Shown here in pieces: positions 1 through 9,744 of a DNA stretch of 64,000 nt (position 1 is its first letter; every line of letters starts with the position of its first letter). Position numbers and translations under genes: made by a program. The stretch is from positions 32,001-96,000 of the forward strand of contig CAWCMR010000006.1 of assembly GCA_963796685.1 (NCBI GenBank), in the 5' to 3' direction. The notes beneath the pieces are model-generated. The model did no database searches and was not told the origin of the DNA. It saw only the letters and a list, made by a program, of their open reading frames with translations. This DNA is from an uncultured delta proteobacterium (GTDB taxonomy: Bacteria; Myxococcota_A; Polyangia; Fen-1088).

Positions 1-828
1 GATGGCCTGGCTGCCCTGGCGAAAACCACTGCCCGTGATGACGACATCCGTGCCACCTGCCGTGCCGCCGCTGACGGGCCAGATCGACTCCACGGTCGGC
101 CGCGGGAGCACGGTGAACGAGAGGGTCGCCCGGCCGATGTTTCCGGCGTTGGCGGCGTCCTCGGCTGTCGCGACGAATTCGATGGTCTCGCCCCCTCGCA
201 GCGTCGGGCTGACCTTGACCTGGAAGGGGCAATCGACCTCTGCGGCGTGCGCCGGTATGGGACACGGGCCGCCCGCGCGTTGCTGGCCGGATTCGCTGTA
301 GGTCCAGCCCAATTGGGTCACGTTCCCCAGCGGCGCATCGGAGGCGTGGATGCTTCCGCGCAACGTCGTTCCCGGTCCCACGGGGGTGTCGGCCGACGGG
401 CTGGTGAACGTGACGACAGGGGGGGTTAGGTCGGGTCCAAGCTCGTCGAACGCATTCGCCAGCGTCGCCCTCTGACCGCGCGGATCCGTGAGCTCGACAT
501 CCACGGGTCCGGCAGGGAGCGTGGCGGCCAATGCGCTCGGCAGGGAGGCCGCCATCCGACTCGTGGACTGCCAAGTCAGGTCGGTCAATTCGACCCACGA
601 AGCTCCCTTGATCATGCGTACACGAAAGCCATCGACCACGGCCACGCGACTGCCGGTCCTCGGGTCGAGGGTCGTGGCGGGAAGGAATCCGTCGCCCGTG
701 AGGGTCAAGCGGACATCGGCGTCGCTGTAGGCCTGCACCGGCTCCACGCTGGTCAGGACCGGCCGCGGATTTTCGCAGCCCCAAGACTGGCAGGCGCAAA
801 GGGTGAGACATGCCCAGCGAAACCGCAT
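1..828 (-). CDS. IPT/TIG-domain secreted lipoprotein (runs off left edge)
   Basis: ATG at 828; MRFRWACLTLCACQSWGCENPRPVLTSVEP...LTLTGDGF and ...VVITGSGF are IPT/TIG-like motifs; no stop seen before the window edge. Confidence 0.6.
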   Translation of the reverse strand, partial: MRFRWACLTLCACQSWGCENPRPVLTSVEPVQAYSDADVRLTLTGDGFLPATTLDPRTGSRVAVVDGFRVRMIKGASWVELTDLTWQSTSRMAASLPSALAATLPAGPVDVELTDPRGQRATLANAFDELGPDLTPPVVTFTSPSADTPVGPGTTLRGSIHASDAPLGNVTQLGWTYSESGQQRAGGPCPIPAHAAEVDCPFQVKVSPTLRGGETIEFVATAEDAANAGNIGRATLSFTVLPRPTVESIWPVSGGTAGGTDVVITGSGFRQGSQAI

Positions 829-913
829 TGTGCTTCATCTTAACAGGGCGGGGTTGGTGCCAAGCATCTTCCAGCAGTTGACTCTTTTGCTTCCGCCTGG
901 AAGATTTCACGCA

Positions 914-1156
914 ATGTCAGACTACGCAACCATCCGCGACATGGTCAGCCATCGCGTCACCTTCGAATTCGATTCGGGGGCGAAGATTGTGGGATACATT
1001 GCCGCCTGCGCCCCGCCCGACGGTCCGGTCGAGTACGCCGTGCTCTCCAAGGCGCAGATCTTGGACTCGAAAAACCGGGTGGTGGCCCGCTTCGAGGAGC
1101 TGCCGGTCGTGCCCAACAGCCTGATCAGCTTCGCGGTGACGGAAGGACCGCTGTGA
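914..1156 (+). CDS. hypothetical protein (80 aa, beta-rich)
   Basis: ATG 914, GC3-biased codons, directly upstream of acyP. Confidence 0.7.
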   Translation: MSDYATIRDMVSHRVTFEFDSGAKIVGYIAACAPPDGPVEYAVLSKAQILDSKNRVVARFEELPVVPNSLISFAVTEGPL

Positions 1157-1171
1157 GCTGCTCCGATTCTC

Positions 1172-1474
1172 GTGGCGACCGCGGATAGAGCGAACGAGCG
1201 GCGCCTGCACGCCGTGGTGCATGGCCGCGTACAGGGGGTCGGGTACCGCGCCACGACCCTCGACGAGGCTAGACGTCTCGGACTTGCGGGTTGGGTGCGC
1301 AACCGCGTCGACGGAAGCGTGGAGGTCCTGGCCGAGGGGTCGGAGGCCAAGCTCAACCTGTTTCTGGCCTACCTGCAGCGAGGTCCTTGGGGTGCCCACG
1401 TGGCGTCGGTGGCGGCCGACTGGGACGAGGCGCAAGGCGCGCCCATGCCCTTTCAGGTCAAGCACACGGAATAG
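1172..1474 (+). CDS. acyP: acylphosphatase
   Basis: VHGRVQGVGYR and GWVRNRVDGSVE motifs. Confidence 0.95.
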   Translation: MATADRANERRLHAVVHGRVQGVGYRATTLDEARRLGLAGWVRNRVDGSVEVLAEGSEAKLNLFLAYLQRGPWGAHVASVAADWDEAQGAPMPFQVKHTE

Positions 1475-2330
1475 TCAGCGCGCCGCGTGGGCCTGGCGTT
1501 CCAGCTCGGCGATGTGCTTTTGCACTTCGGCGCGGTTGGGGGCGGTTGGCGCGACGCGTAGGTAGCTTCGATAGGATTCCAGGGCCTCTTTGTTGTTGCC
1601 CATCTTGCGGTGGCACTGCGCGATGTTGAACAGGAAGGGCGGATCTTGGATCGCCAGGTACGCTGCCTCGTATTCGGACAGGGCTTCCGAGAAACGTCCG
1701 AGGTTGTACATGCTCGTGCCGCGGGTGGCGTGGGCCTTGGCTTCGGCGGTCGGGCTGCGCGGCGGCAGCACCCTGGAGGGTGGCCTGGCAGCCGCGAACG
1801 TCGACTTTTCGCGAACGACCTCTTTGCTGGCTCTTCTTCTCTGTGCGAATTCGGCGAGGGCAGGGGCGCGGAGCAACGCCAGCGCAGCCTCATGGGCCAT
1901 CGAGGTCGCGAATTCGCCGCTGCCATGGAGCCTCGATCTCCGTGGACGCCAGGGCTACGGCCAGCCCACCCTTTTCGGCGGTCAGCCCGACGCGCCCGCG
2001 CAGGTAGCCGACGGCGCCCGTCACCCGAGTCTCGATGCGCAGCGTGAGGTCGAGCGACTTGTCGCCAGCCCCCACGACTGTCAGCCCGAGCCGTCCGAGC
2101 TCGGCTTGCAGCGCGGCCTTGAGGTGGTCGCCAAGTCGCGAATCCACGTTGCCCTCGACGACGATGGCCACCTCCTCGGCCACCCGTACGCGCAGGCCGC
2201 GGATATCCGGCGGCAGCTCCGGCGACTGCGCGGCGGGCAGCGACGTTTGGTCGCTCGAAGAAAGCACACCGCTGCACCCCAACCAAAGGGCGACGCCGGC
2301 CAGCATGAAGCGGACATGCACGGATCCCAT
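1475..2330 (-). CDS. lipoprotein with C-terminal TPR domain (apparent +1 frameshift at ~1931)
   Basis: Lipobox-like LWLGC; removing one base joins ...STEIE to LHGSGEFATSMAHE...; TPR motif YNLGRFSEALSEYEAAY...LFNIAQCHR. Confidence 0.65.
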
Positions 2331-2381
2331 ATCGGCCGAAGCCTTGCGCAGCTTCAGCCCGACCGTTGTATAAAGGCCGCC

Positions 2382-2555
2382 ATGTCGCTCGACGCGAAGC
2401 TGCTGGAGATCATCGCCTGTCCCAAGTGCAAGGGCCGCCTGGAGCTCAAGGCCGATGGAAGCGCCCTGACGTGTCAGGCCTGCCGCCTGGCCTATCCAGT
2501 GGTCGACGAAATCCCGAACCTCATCGCCGAAGACGCCCAACCTTTCGACAGCTAG
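2382..2555 (+). CDS. Trm112/UPF0434 family protein
   Basis: LLEIIACPKCKG...CQAC..AYPVVDEIPNL. Confidence 0.9.
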   Translation: MSLDAKLLEIIACPKCKGRLELKADGSALTCQACRLAYPVVDEIPNLIAEDAQPFDS

Positions 2556-2663
2556 GTATCGGGAGCAAACTTCGCCCTGCCCATTTCTCGGCCGTCCGGG
2601 GTTCTTTCCCCAATCCCTCGCGACTTGGCGGCGTGGGGCGACCCAATCACAACCCAAAGGATC

Positions 2664-4040
2664 ATGATGCGAAGTCGTAGTACGCCGATGCTCCCGTTTC
2701 TGCCCGTGGCGGTTTGCCTGACCCTGGCCTGCGCGGCCAGCCCGAAGTCCGACGACTGGACGGGGCCTGCGCCAGGAAGTGCCCCTGCGGGCTCGCCGGT
2801 GGCCCTTCACGGCCAGCTTCGGGTCGTGACGACGCCAGTGGCTGGCACGGATAGTCCTGTGGCCAGCCTGGAGATCCAGAGCATGGACGCGGGCGAGCAG
2901 GGAATCGATGCGGGCGAGCAGGGAATCGATGCGGGCGAGCAGGGAATCGATGCGGGCGAGCAGGGAATCGATGCGGGCGAGCAGGGAATCGATGCGAGCG
3001 AGCAGGGAATTGACGCTGGCGATCGGAGAATCGACAGTGGAAGCGCGAGACTCGACGGTGGCAAGGCCGGCGCCGATGCCGCAGGCCCAACCGTGCTCAG
3101 CCAGCTCGTGGACGAGCACGGCGCTCCCTTTCAGCTCAAGGGCGTCAGCAGCCAGTGGCTGGAGTGGGAGTCTCAGCACTACCCCGAGAGCAAGAGCGGC
3201 CTCGCATTCATGCGCGACAACTGGAAGGTGTCGGTGATTCGCGCCGCCATGGGGGCCGATGCAGACAAGAGTGGATACCTGGCCAAGCCAGCAGACATCA
3301 AGAAACAGGTCGAGACCATGATCCGCAACGCCATCGAGCTCGGGGTCTACGTGATCGTGGATTGGCACACTGAGCAGGCGGTGATTCAACAGGATGCCTC
3401 CGTCGCCTTCTTCACCGAGATGGCCACGAAATACGGTGCCTACCCGAATGTGATCTGGGAGCCCTACAACGAGCCCATGGGCTATTCCTGGTCGCAGATC
3501 AAGGTTTACCACGAGGCGGTGGTGAAGGCGATTCGCGCCGTGGACCCCGACAACTTGATCGTGCTCGGGACACCGAACTACTCGCAAAGGGTCGATCAAG
3601 CCGCCGCGGATCCCGTGGCGGGAACGAACCTGCTCTACACCCTGCACTGGTACTCCTGCACCCACGGTCAGATGTACCGCGACTACGGCACCGCGGCTAT
3701 CGCCAAGGGAATAGCGCTGTTCGTGACCGAATTCGGGGCGACTTTTTCCGACGGGGGTCTAGCTCCCAATGACAACTACGTTTGCGAGGACGAGGCGAAC
3801 CGATGGTTCGCCTGGATGGCACAAAACGACGTCAGTGGCGTGGCCTGGAAGCTCGACCACTGTTCGGATTCGAGCTGCCTTCTCGGCGAAAGCGCCGGGG
3901 TCAACGGCCCCTGGACCGACGACAAGCTCAGCAGCGATGTGGGCGGAGCTTCCTACCAGGGTGGATTCGGTGGCGGGGTCTCGGGCACCGGGATCCAGGG
4001 CGGGCAAGGACAGTTCATCGCGAGCTGGCTCCGGCAGTAA
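2664..4040 (+). CDS. glycoside hydrolase family 5 (endoglucanase-like) lipoprotein
   Basis: QLKGVSS, YVIVDWH, WEPYNEP (acid/base), LHWY, LFVTEFG (nucleophile). Confidence 0.9.
   Translation: MMRSRSTPMLPFLPVAVCLTLACAASPKSDDWTGPAPGSAPAGSPVALHGQLRVVTTPVAGTDSPVASLEIQSMDAGEQGIDAGEQGIDAGEQGIDAGEQGIDAGEQGIDASEQGIDAGDRRIDSGSARLDGGKAGADAAGPTVLSQLVDEHGAPFQLKGVSSQWLEWESQHYPESKSGLAFMRDNWKVSVIRAAMGADADKSGYLAKPADIKKQVETMIRNAIELGVYVIVDWHTEQAVIQQDASVAFFTEMATKYGAYPNVIWEPYNEPMGYSWSQIKVYHEAVVKAIRAVDPDNLIVLGTPNYSQRVDQAAADPVAGTNLLYTLHWYSCTHGQMYRDYGTAAIAKGIALFVTEFGATFSDGGLAPNDNYVCEDEANRWFAWMAQNDVSGVAWKLDHCSDSSCLLGESAGVNGPWTDDKLSSDVGGASYQGGFGGGVSGTGIQGGQGQFIASWLRQ
2886..3032 (+). repeat. 21-bp in-frame tandem repeat (DAGEQGI) x ~7 in the GH5 linker
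   Basis: gatgcgggcgagcagggaatc repeated head-to-tail with no spacers; last unit degenerate. Confidence 0.95.
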
Positions 4041-4044
4041 CCGA

Positions 4045-4582
4045 CTAGAAACGCAGTCTGAATTTCGTAGCGGCGATTCTTCGCCTTCTTGGCCGGCGTG
4101 TTGTCGGGCGTGACCAGCGGACGTTCCGAGCCCATGCCCACGGCGATGATCTCGTTCTTGGCAATCCCGCGCGCGACAAGCTCGCGCTGGATGACCGCGG
4201 CGCGCTTGCCCGATAGCTCTTTGTTGTGCTCGGGCTTGCCGCTCGAATCGGTGTGGCCCGAGACCTCGAATTTGAAGCTGGTCACGCCGGCCACGTTGAG
4301 GCGCTTCTTGGCGTCGACCAGCGCGTTGGCCAGCTTCTTGAGCTTGCTGTCGCAGCCGGGCGCCAGCTCGTCGCTGTCGGTCTTGAAGCTGCACTGGTTC
4401 TTGCGCCCCTCGGCCAAGAGCCTGGCGTTCACTTCCTTGACCGCCTTGTCGCGCGCGCCACCCGCCGCCGCCCCGGTCGCCTTCTTGGCCAAGCCGCCGA
4501 AGTCGAGCGCGCGTGCCGTGGGCGACGACAGCGTGAGGCCCAGACCCAGTACCAAGATGAATGCCGAGAGCGTCTTCGTCAT
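4045..4582 (-). CDS. OmpA-family peptidoglycan-binding protein (probable +1 error at ~4061)
   Basis: Signal peptide; SGHTD, NKELSGKRA, NRRYEI; removing one base gives YEIRLRF* and removes the overlap with GH5. Confidence 0.8.
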
Positions 4583-4777
4583 GGGCCAACCATTACCCCG
4601 TAGCGGGCAGAGGCGCAAGGCGGAGGCCGGCGTGTGAGGGGAAGATACAAATTCGGAATGGGGCGACCATGTTTCGCATGGTAACCAGCCCGAGCATCGG
4701 AGTTGCTTGTCTTTCCGTCGCGTTTCTTGGCGGTCGCCATGACCGGCGGGAATGCTGGGCAGCGCGGGGAGGTTGGG

Positions 4778-5359
4778 CTACTTCCGGTTGTGCGAGGTTC
4801 TGTGATCGCCCGACCTGAGCTTGTCCAACAATGTCTGAACTAAGTGCGGATCTAGTCCGACTCCAGGGCTCGGAGCTTCCCTGCGCACACTCGTCAGAGT
4901 GTTGATGGCTTCGCTGACTATTCGCGGGGCGAATGGTCTCAACACCTTCGGTCCATCTGCGCCTAAGCTGGCTATCACCACGGTCCTGAGAATGAAGTCG
5001 TTAGGTGGAGATATCGCTTCGCCTGTTTCCCAGCGCGCAACGGTTTCTCGAACAACGCCAAGTCGCTCAGCGAGCTTATCTTGTGTGAGTCCAAGGTGCT
5101 TGCGTAGGAATTTCGCCTCTTGCGGAGACACCAAGAATGGATTTTGCGTTATGGCAAGAGCCAGGACTCGCTCAACATCGTTAATCGTCGTTCCATCCAA
5201 CGTATGGCCACCGCATCCGTCGCACGTATATCCCGGAACGGTTCTGAGCCGGACGGGAACGCCTACATAGGACGAGAAGTCGAAATCAGTCAACTCGCCA
5301 TAGTGAAGCGTCCCTCCGCAATGACACGGAAGGGAGGTCGGCTTCTTGTCGGATTTCAC
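4778..5359 (-). CDS. MqsA-like antitoxin (Zn ribbon + XRE HTH)
   Basis: CHCGG...CDGCG plus LRKHLGLTQDKLAERLGVVRETVARWETG; GTG overlaps toxin stop (GTGA). Confidence 0.8.
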   Translation of the reverse strand: MKSDKKPTSLPCHCGGTLHYGELTDFDFSSYVGVPVRLRTVPGYTCDGCGGHTLDGTTINDVERVLALAITQNPFLVSPQEAKFLRKHLGLTQDKLAERLGVVRETVARWETGEAISPPNDFILRTVVIASLGADGPKVLRPFAPRIVSEAINTLTSVRREAPSPGVGLDPHLVQTLLDKLRSGDHRTSHNRK

Positions 5360-5685
5360 GCGCCCTCTTGGGTTGTGTCGATCACGGTGCAAAGGCAAAT
5401 CCTCCGCTTGTGCTTGTGCTCAAAGGCTTCGATGCCGACGGCGACGTCGCGGTCGCCATCAACATCCTTTCCTGTTATTCGCCAACACGTACCTCCGTTG
5501 ACGGCCTTGCCGCGTTCGTATGGTCGAATCTCAGCCGGGTTCCCGATGGCAGACCTGATGTCGGCCATGATGAAGTTTCTCTCGGCAAGTCGTTGTTCGA
5601 AGTGAACCGCTGTGACATATCGTCCGTCACGGAGGCAGGCCTGCGTCCATTGAAGAGCTTCCTCGCTGGAGTGAGGGGCAACCAC
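5356..5685 (-). CDS. DUF4258-like (RelE-fold) toxin
   Basis: HFEQRLAERNFIMADI...WRITGKDVDG...LCTV; coupled to the downstream antitoxin; start approximate. Confidence 0.7.
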   Translation of the reverse strand: MVAPHSSEEALQWTQACLRDGRYVTAVHFEQRLAERNFIMADIRSAIGNPAEIRPYERGKAVNGGTCWRITGKDVDGDRDVAVGIEAFEHKHKRRICLCTVIDTTQEGA

Positions 5686-6021
5686 CGTTTGTGATCCTAA
5701 GTTACAACGGACTAAGGATTGATACAAGACCCCCTATGTCACAACCCGGAAAACTCAAGAGATTTTCACGGTATTTGGGCAGCGTGATGATGCAGAACAT
5801 GCCCGTACTGTTGCCTCCGCGCGCAGCTAGCGTCAACTGTGCATGGACGCGACGCACTGAATAGCCCTCGTCTGCAACGGCTGGCAGATCTGGCACCCGT
5901 GGCGCCATGGCTTTGCCCACCAGTTCGCTCTTGCCCAGCGATTCCGAAGGCTGCCTTTTGATCCAGAAAGCCACGGATTCGGTCGGACAAGCGGGCTAGG
6001 GCAGAATGCGCGCAAGTCCTG

Positions 6022-6089
6022 GAAATCGTTTCGGTACCGGGGGAGGGACTCGAACCCTCAAGTCCGTAAGGACGGTGGATTTTGAATCC
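6022..6089. repeat. att site (left): duplicated 3' part of tRNA-Leu
   Basis: 68-bp direct repeat of 20324-20391 with one mismatch (6033 g vs 20335 a). Confidence 0.95.
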
Positions 6090-6344
6090 CTCTTTGACTG
6101 TATCGCCATGTCGCTCAAACACGCAAACACCTACAAAACAAGGGGTCTCCATTGTGGCACCTGTTGTGGCTTGAGTCATGAAAATGCACCAAATCGGTGA
6201 GATAAGCCACCGACTGGCAACAGACTGAAGTAGACTATTCCCGTGGGCAGCCGAGGGCCTAATTACCCCTTGGTGGCCGCCGAGCCTGCATCCTAAGCGG
6301 CCCGCCCACGGTTCCTTTCGATCGGATGCAAAGGATGCAGAACC

Positions 6345-7145
6345 GTGACCCAGCCAACCCGACCGAAGGCCCGCCAAGCGAAGCGCCCTCGCGCTGGCGG
6401 CCCGAAGGCGCCCAAGGTGGCACCGGAGGCCCCGCAAGGCGTGGCGGCCCGGCAGAGGCCCGGCGCGCGACATTCCATAGTCCAGCCCGAAGCTACCGAG
6501 ACCGGGTACAGCAAGGCCGACTTTCTGCGCGATTTCGGCCACGATGCCGACTATCACGCCAAGTGTGATCGCGCCACGGCTGGACTGCGGGCACTGGCCG
6601 CGGGCAACCCACCGGCCGGCCGCAAAGATTGTGGGTGGTGGTGGTGCGAGAAAGACGACCTGTCTTCGCGTGAGCTGGCCTCCCTGCGAGGCGCATTGAA
6701 TACCCTACGCCAAGCCGGCGTGGACCCCAGCGGCCCGTGGGTTCGGAAGTACGGGAACCTCTACCGAATGCATGGAGCGCTACCGGATATCAAGGTGAGC
6801 GCCAGGGAGCAGGTATCCCGCGACATCGCGGCCCTTGAGAAAGTGCAGGAGTTGCTCGGCGGGTTGAGCAGGCACAATATTCCGACGAGCACGAACCGTG
6901 ATCTCGCGAATGAGCTCGACCGAGCCAAGGGCAGTACAGCGGCGGGGCCAGCCAACCCAACGAGGCGCGGACCCCCGGTTGACGGCGGCACCAGATGCGT
7001 GCTTCTAAATTACCGCGGGGACCGCCACTGGCCTCCCAACGTGATCGAAGCTTGCCTGATTCTCACCGGCGCACGTCGTGGGAGCGCCCGCGAATCGCGA
7101 GTCTTGAGCGAAATCGCCAAGAAGGCTCGGACAGCGGCGAAATAG
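6345..7145 (+). CDS. hypothetical protein (266 aa)
   Basis: Long ORF at the start of the element, same strand as all element genes; no motif recognised. Confidence 0.6.
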   Translation: MTQPTRPKARQAKRPRAGGPKAPKVAPEAPQGVAARQRPGARHSIVQPEATETGYSKADFLRDFGHDADYHAKCDRATAGLRALAAGNPPAGRKDCGWWWCEKDDLSSRELASLRGALNTLRQAGVDPSGPWVRKYGNLYRMHGALPDIKVSAREQVSRDIAALEKVQELLGGLSRHNIPTSTNRDLANELDRAKGSTAAGPANPTRRGPPVDGGTRCVLLNYRGDRHWPPNVIEACLILTGARRGSARESRVLSEIAKKARTAAK

Positions 7146-7238
7146 CGGCGACAAGCTGCACCTGCACTTAATTGCGCCGTGCGTGGTGTGATTAGGTGCA
7201 TCGCCATGGGCGTGGGGATGGCTCATCGTCGCTCTACC

Positions 7239-7442
7239 ATGACGACGCAGACGAGGCTAGACCACGAGACGCGCGAGGCACTGCGCCGATACCTCGCCGA
7301 CCGACATTGGCGGCCCGCTATCCGCAGCATCGGGGTGACCGAGTCGGTCCTGCGACGGGCTATTTCGGGGCGTCTCATCCGAGGCGCCAGCGCGACCGCG
7401 ATCCGCATCGCCCTACTCGCGCAGCCGGAGCCCCGCCCATGA
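7239..7442 (+). CDS. small HTH-like protein
   Basis: AIRSIGVTESVLRRAISG is HTH-like; ATGA-coupled to the next gene. Confidence 0.6.
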   Translation: MTTQTRLDHETREALRRYLADRHWRPAIRSIGVTESVLRRAISGRLIRGASATAIRIALLAQPEPRP

Positions 7443-7735
7443 CCGGCGCCGACCTGGCCACGGCCGCCGACGTCGAGCGCGTGCTTGCGCGCCAGGATGC
7501 CCTCGAGGCGAAGCTGGATCGCGTGCTGGCCGCGCTGCCCACGTCGTGGCTCTCGCTCACCGCCGCCGCCGAGCGCATGGGCGTGGACCCGAGGACGATC
7601 ACCGCCGCCATCTCGCGCGGGGAAGTAGTTGGGCGCCGGGTGGGACGACGGTGGGTAGTCGACGCGAACTCTATCCGCCCCGCGAGCGCGGCGGCGGTGG
7701 CGGCGATGGCGAGAGGGGCGAGGGCGGGACGATGA
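7439..7735 (+). CDS. excisionase-like HTH_17 DNA-binding protein
   Basis: WLSLTAAAERMGVDPRTITAAISRGEVVGRRVGRRWVV. Confidence 0.8.
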   Translation: MTGADLATAADVERVLARQDALEAKLDRVLAALPTSWLSLTAAAERMGVDPRTITAAISRGEVVGRRVGRRWVVDANSIRPASAAAVAAMARGARAGR

Positions 7736-9711
7736 CCGCACCCTTCGCCACTATCCCGTTTGTCGATCCCGTCGATAGCTTCCGCGACGCCATGGCGGCC
7801 GATGGACTCACTCCACCGCGCGAGATAGTTGTCGACCGAAAGATCCACCGCTGCGATGCCGACCGCAAGGGCGGCAAACGTGACGCCTGGTATGTCTTCT
7901 TCTCCGACGGAGTGCCGGCTGGCGCCTATGGGGATTGGGCAGAGGGCGAGACGCACAACTGGTGCGCGCGGCCCGAGAACAGCCTCACGCCCCAGGAGCG
8001 AGCGGCGTTTCGCACGCGCATGGACGCTGCCCGGCGAGCACGCGATGAGGAGATGCAGACGCAATACGCAGCCTCGGCAGCGTTGGCCGCTTCCACGTGG
8101 GGGCAAGCTACACAAGTCTTCGAGCCCTGCCCTGACTACCTCGATTGCAAAGGGGTGAAGTCGCACGGGCTGCGCGTGACCACGCGCGACTACGATTTCC
8201 CCTGCATCGACGGCAAACACACCATGCACGTGGCCACTGGCGCTCTTGTGGTGCCAGTCAGGACGGCCGATGGGAAGTTGACCAGCCTGCAATTCATCGA
8301 CGCCGAGGGGAAGCGATTCTTGCCGGGCGGGCGCATGCGTGGGTGCTTCTACTCAATCGGCGACATCGAGGGAGCGAAGCGGATCGGCCTCGCCGAAGGC
8401 TACACCACCGCCTCGACCATTCACGAGGCTACCGACCTGCCCGTGATTGTGGCCTTCTTCGCCGGCAACCTAGAACCCGTCGCCGAGTCGCTCCGCGCGA
8501 AATACCCGCGGACACAGTTTGTCTTCGGCGCGGACGACGATCATCTGCGCGAGAACAACCCCGGTGTCACGAAGGCGACCGAGGCGGCGAAGAAGTTTGG
8601 CGGGATCGTCGCGATCCCGGACTTCGGCACCGAGCGGGGCGAGAAAGACACGGACTGGAACGATCTGTCCAAGGCCCAAGGGCAAGGAGTCGTCAAGGAT
8701 CAATTCGAGAAGGCAATCGCGGCAACGGTTCCCCCGCTTGCGTCGGCCGTTGCGATTGAACTGTGGTCCAAGCCACTGCCCTCACCGATCCTGACACCGT
8801 TCTCGCCCTTGAATGACCTACTTGGTGGCGGTCTTCGTGGCGTGAACGTCTTGGCCGGCCCGACGGGCCGCGGGAAATCCGGCCTGGCTCTACATGTCGC
8901 ACGTGTTACGGCGCGGACGTTGCCCGTCTGCTACTTCTCCACCGAATTGAGCGACCGCCAAGCGCTCGCACGCATCGCCGCCCAAGAGCTGGGCCGGCCC
9001 TGGCGCCCACTGTACGAGGGCAGCGCACCAACCGGGATCGTTGTCGCCCACGCGATGGAACCCCTCAAATTGCGCGTGGTCGTGATTCGTTCGGTGACCG
9101 AACTACTCGACGCCCTGCGAGGGATTGAGGAATTCGAGGGGCAACCACCTTTTGTCGTGCTGGACTACTTGCAGGGCCTGGCCCGCAACCCCGACGAAGA
9201 TCGCCGGCTTGCCGTGGGGGCAGTCTCGGACGGGATCACCACATGGAGCCGCACCACGGGGGGAGTGGTGCTCGCCGTGTCGAGCATCGCCCGCGCGAGC
9301 TATTTCAACACCGACACCAAGGGCGCCGCCGACTTCGTGAACGCGGCGAAGGAATCGGGCGACATCGAATTCGACGCTTCATCGGTGCTGTTCTTGGATG
9401 TGGCGGCCCCACCCTTGGGCGGGAAGTCTGAAGGCCGCTTGCACGTGAGCAAGTCTCGATTCGGCACCGTGGGCACCGTGGGAGTCATCTTCGATGGCCC
9501 GACCGGAACCTTCGAGGAAGACGCCGAGGGCGGACTGTCCATTGACCAGCGCGCGGTTCTGGACGCCATCAACGAGGGCGCCAAGACCCAAGACGAGATC
9601 GCCAAGGCGGCCGGCGTCCGTAAGGCGAAGGTTGGGCCGGCCCTCCGAGCGCTCCAAGACCGCGGGCTTATCGGCAGCCGACCACGCCAAGACGAGGAGG
9701 GCCAGCCATGA
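7732..9711 (+). CDS. Toprim primase fused to DnaB-like (SF4) helicase and C-terminal HTH
   Basis: AEGYTTA, GADDD, DWND Toprim motifs; GPTGRGKS Walker A, LDYLQ, KESGDIEFDAS, KSRFG. Confidence 0.88.
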   Translation: MTAPFATIPFVDPVDSFRDAMAADGLTPPREIVVDRKIHRCDADRKGGKRDAWYVFFSDGVPAGAYGDWAEGETHNWCARPENSLTPQERAAFRTRMDAARRARDEEMQTQYAASAALAASTWGQATQVFEPCPDYLDCKGVKSHGLRVTTRDYDFPCIDGKHTMHVATGALVVPVRTADGKLTSLQFIDAEGKRFLPGGRMRGCFYSIGDIEGAKRIGLAEGYTTASTIHEATDLPVIVAFFAGNLEPVAESLRAKYPRTQFVFGADDDHLRENNPGVTKATEAAKKFGGIVAIPDFGTERGEKDTDWNDLSKAQGQGVVKDQFEKAIAATVPPLASAVAIELWSKPLPSPILTPFSPLNDLLGGGLRGVNVLAGPTGRGKSGLALHVARVTARTLPVCYFSTELSDRQALARIAAQELGRPWRPLYEGSAPTGIVVAHAMEPLKLRVVVIRSVTELLDALRGIEEFEGQPPFVVLDYLQGLARNPDEDRRLAVGAVSDGITTWSRTTGGVVLAVSSIARASYFNTDTKGAADFVNAAKESGDIEFDASSVLFLDVAAPPLGGKSEGRLHVSKSRFGTVGTVGVIFDGPTGTFEEDAEGGLSIDQRAVLDAINEGAKTQDEIAKAAGVRKAKVGPALRALQDRGLIGSRPRQDEEGQP

Positions 9712-9744
9712 AGCGTCAGACCGCCCAAGTCGAGTTTTTTTCCC

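Noticed and set aside
2886-3032. Possible CRISPR array
   Set aside because: Repeats are contiguous with no spacers and in frame within GH5; no cas genes are present.
6035-6089. Second tRNA-Leu gene
   Set aside because: Only the 3' part from the anticodon arm onward is present; it is the att duplicate.
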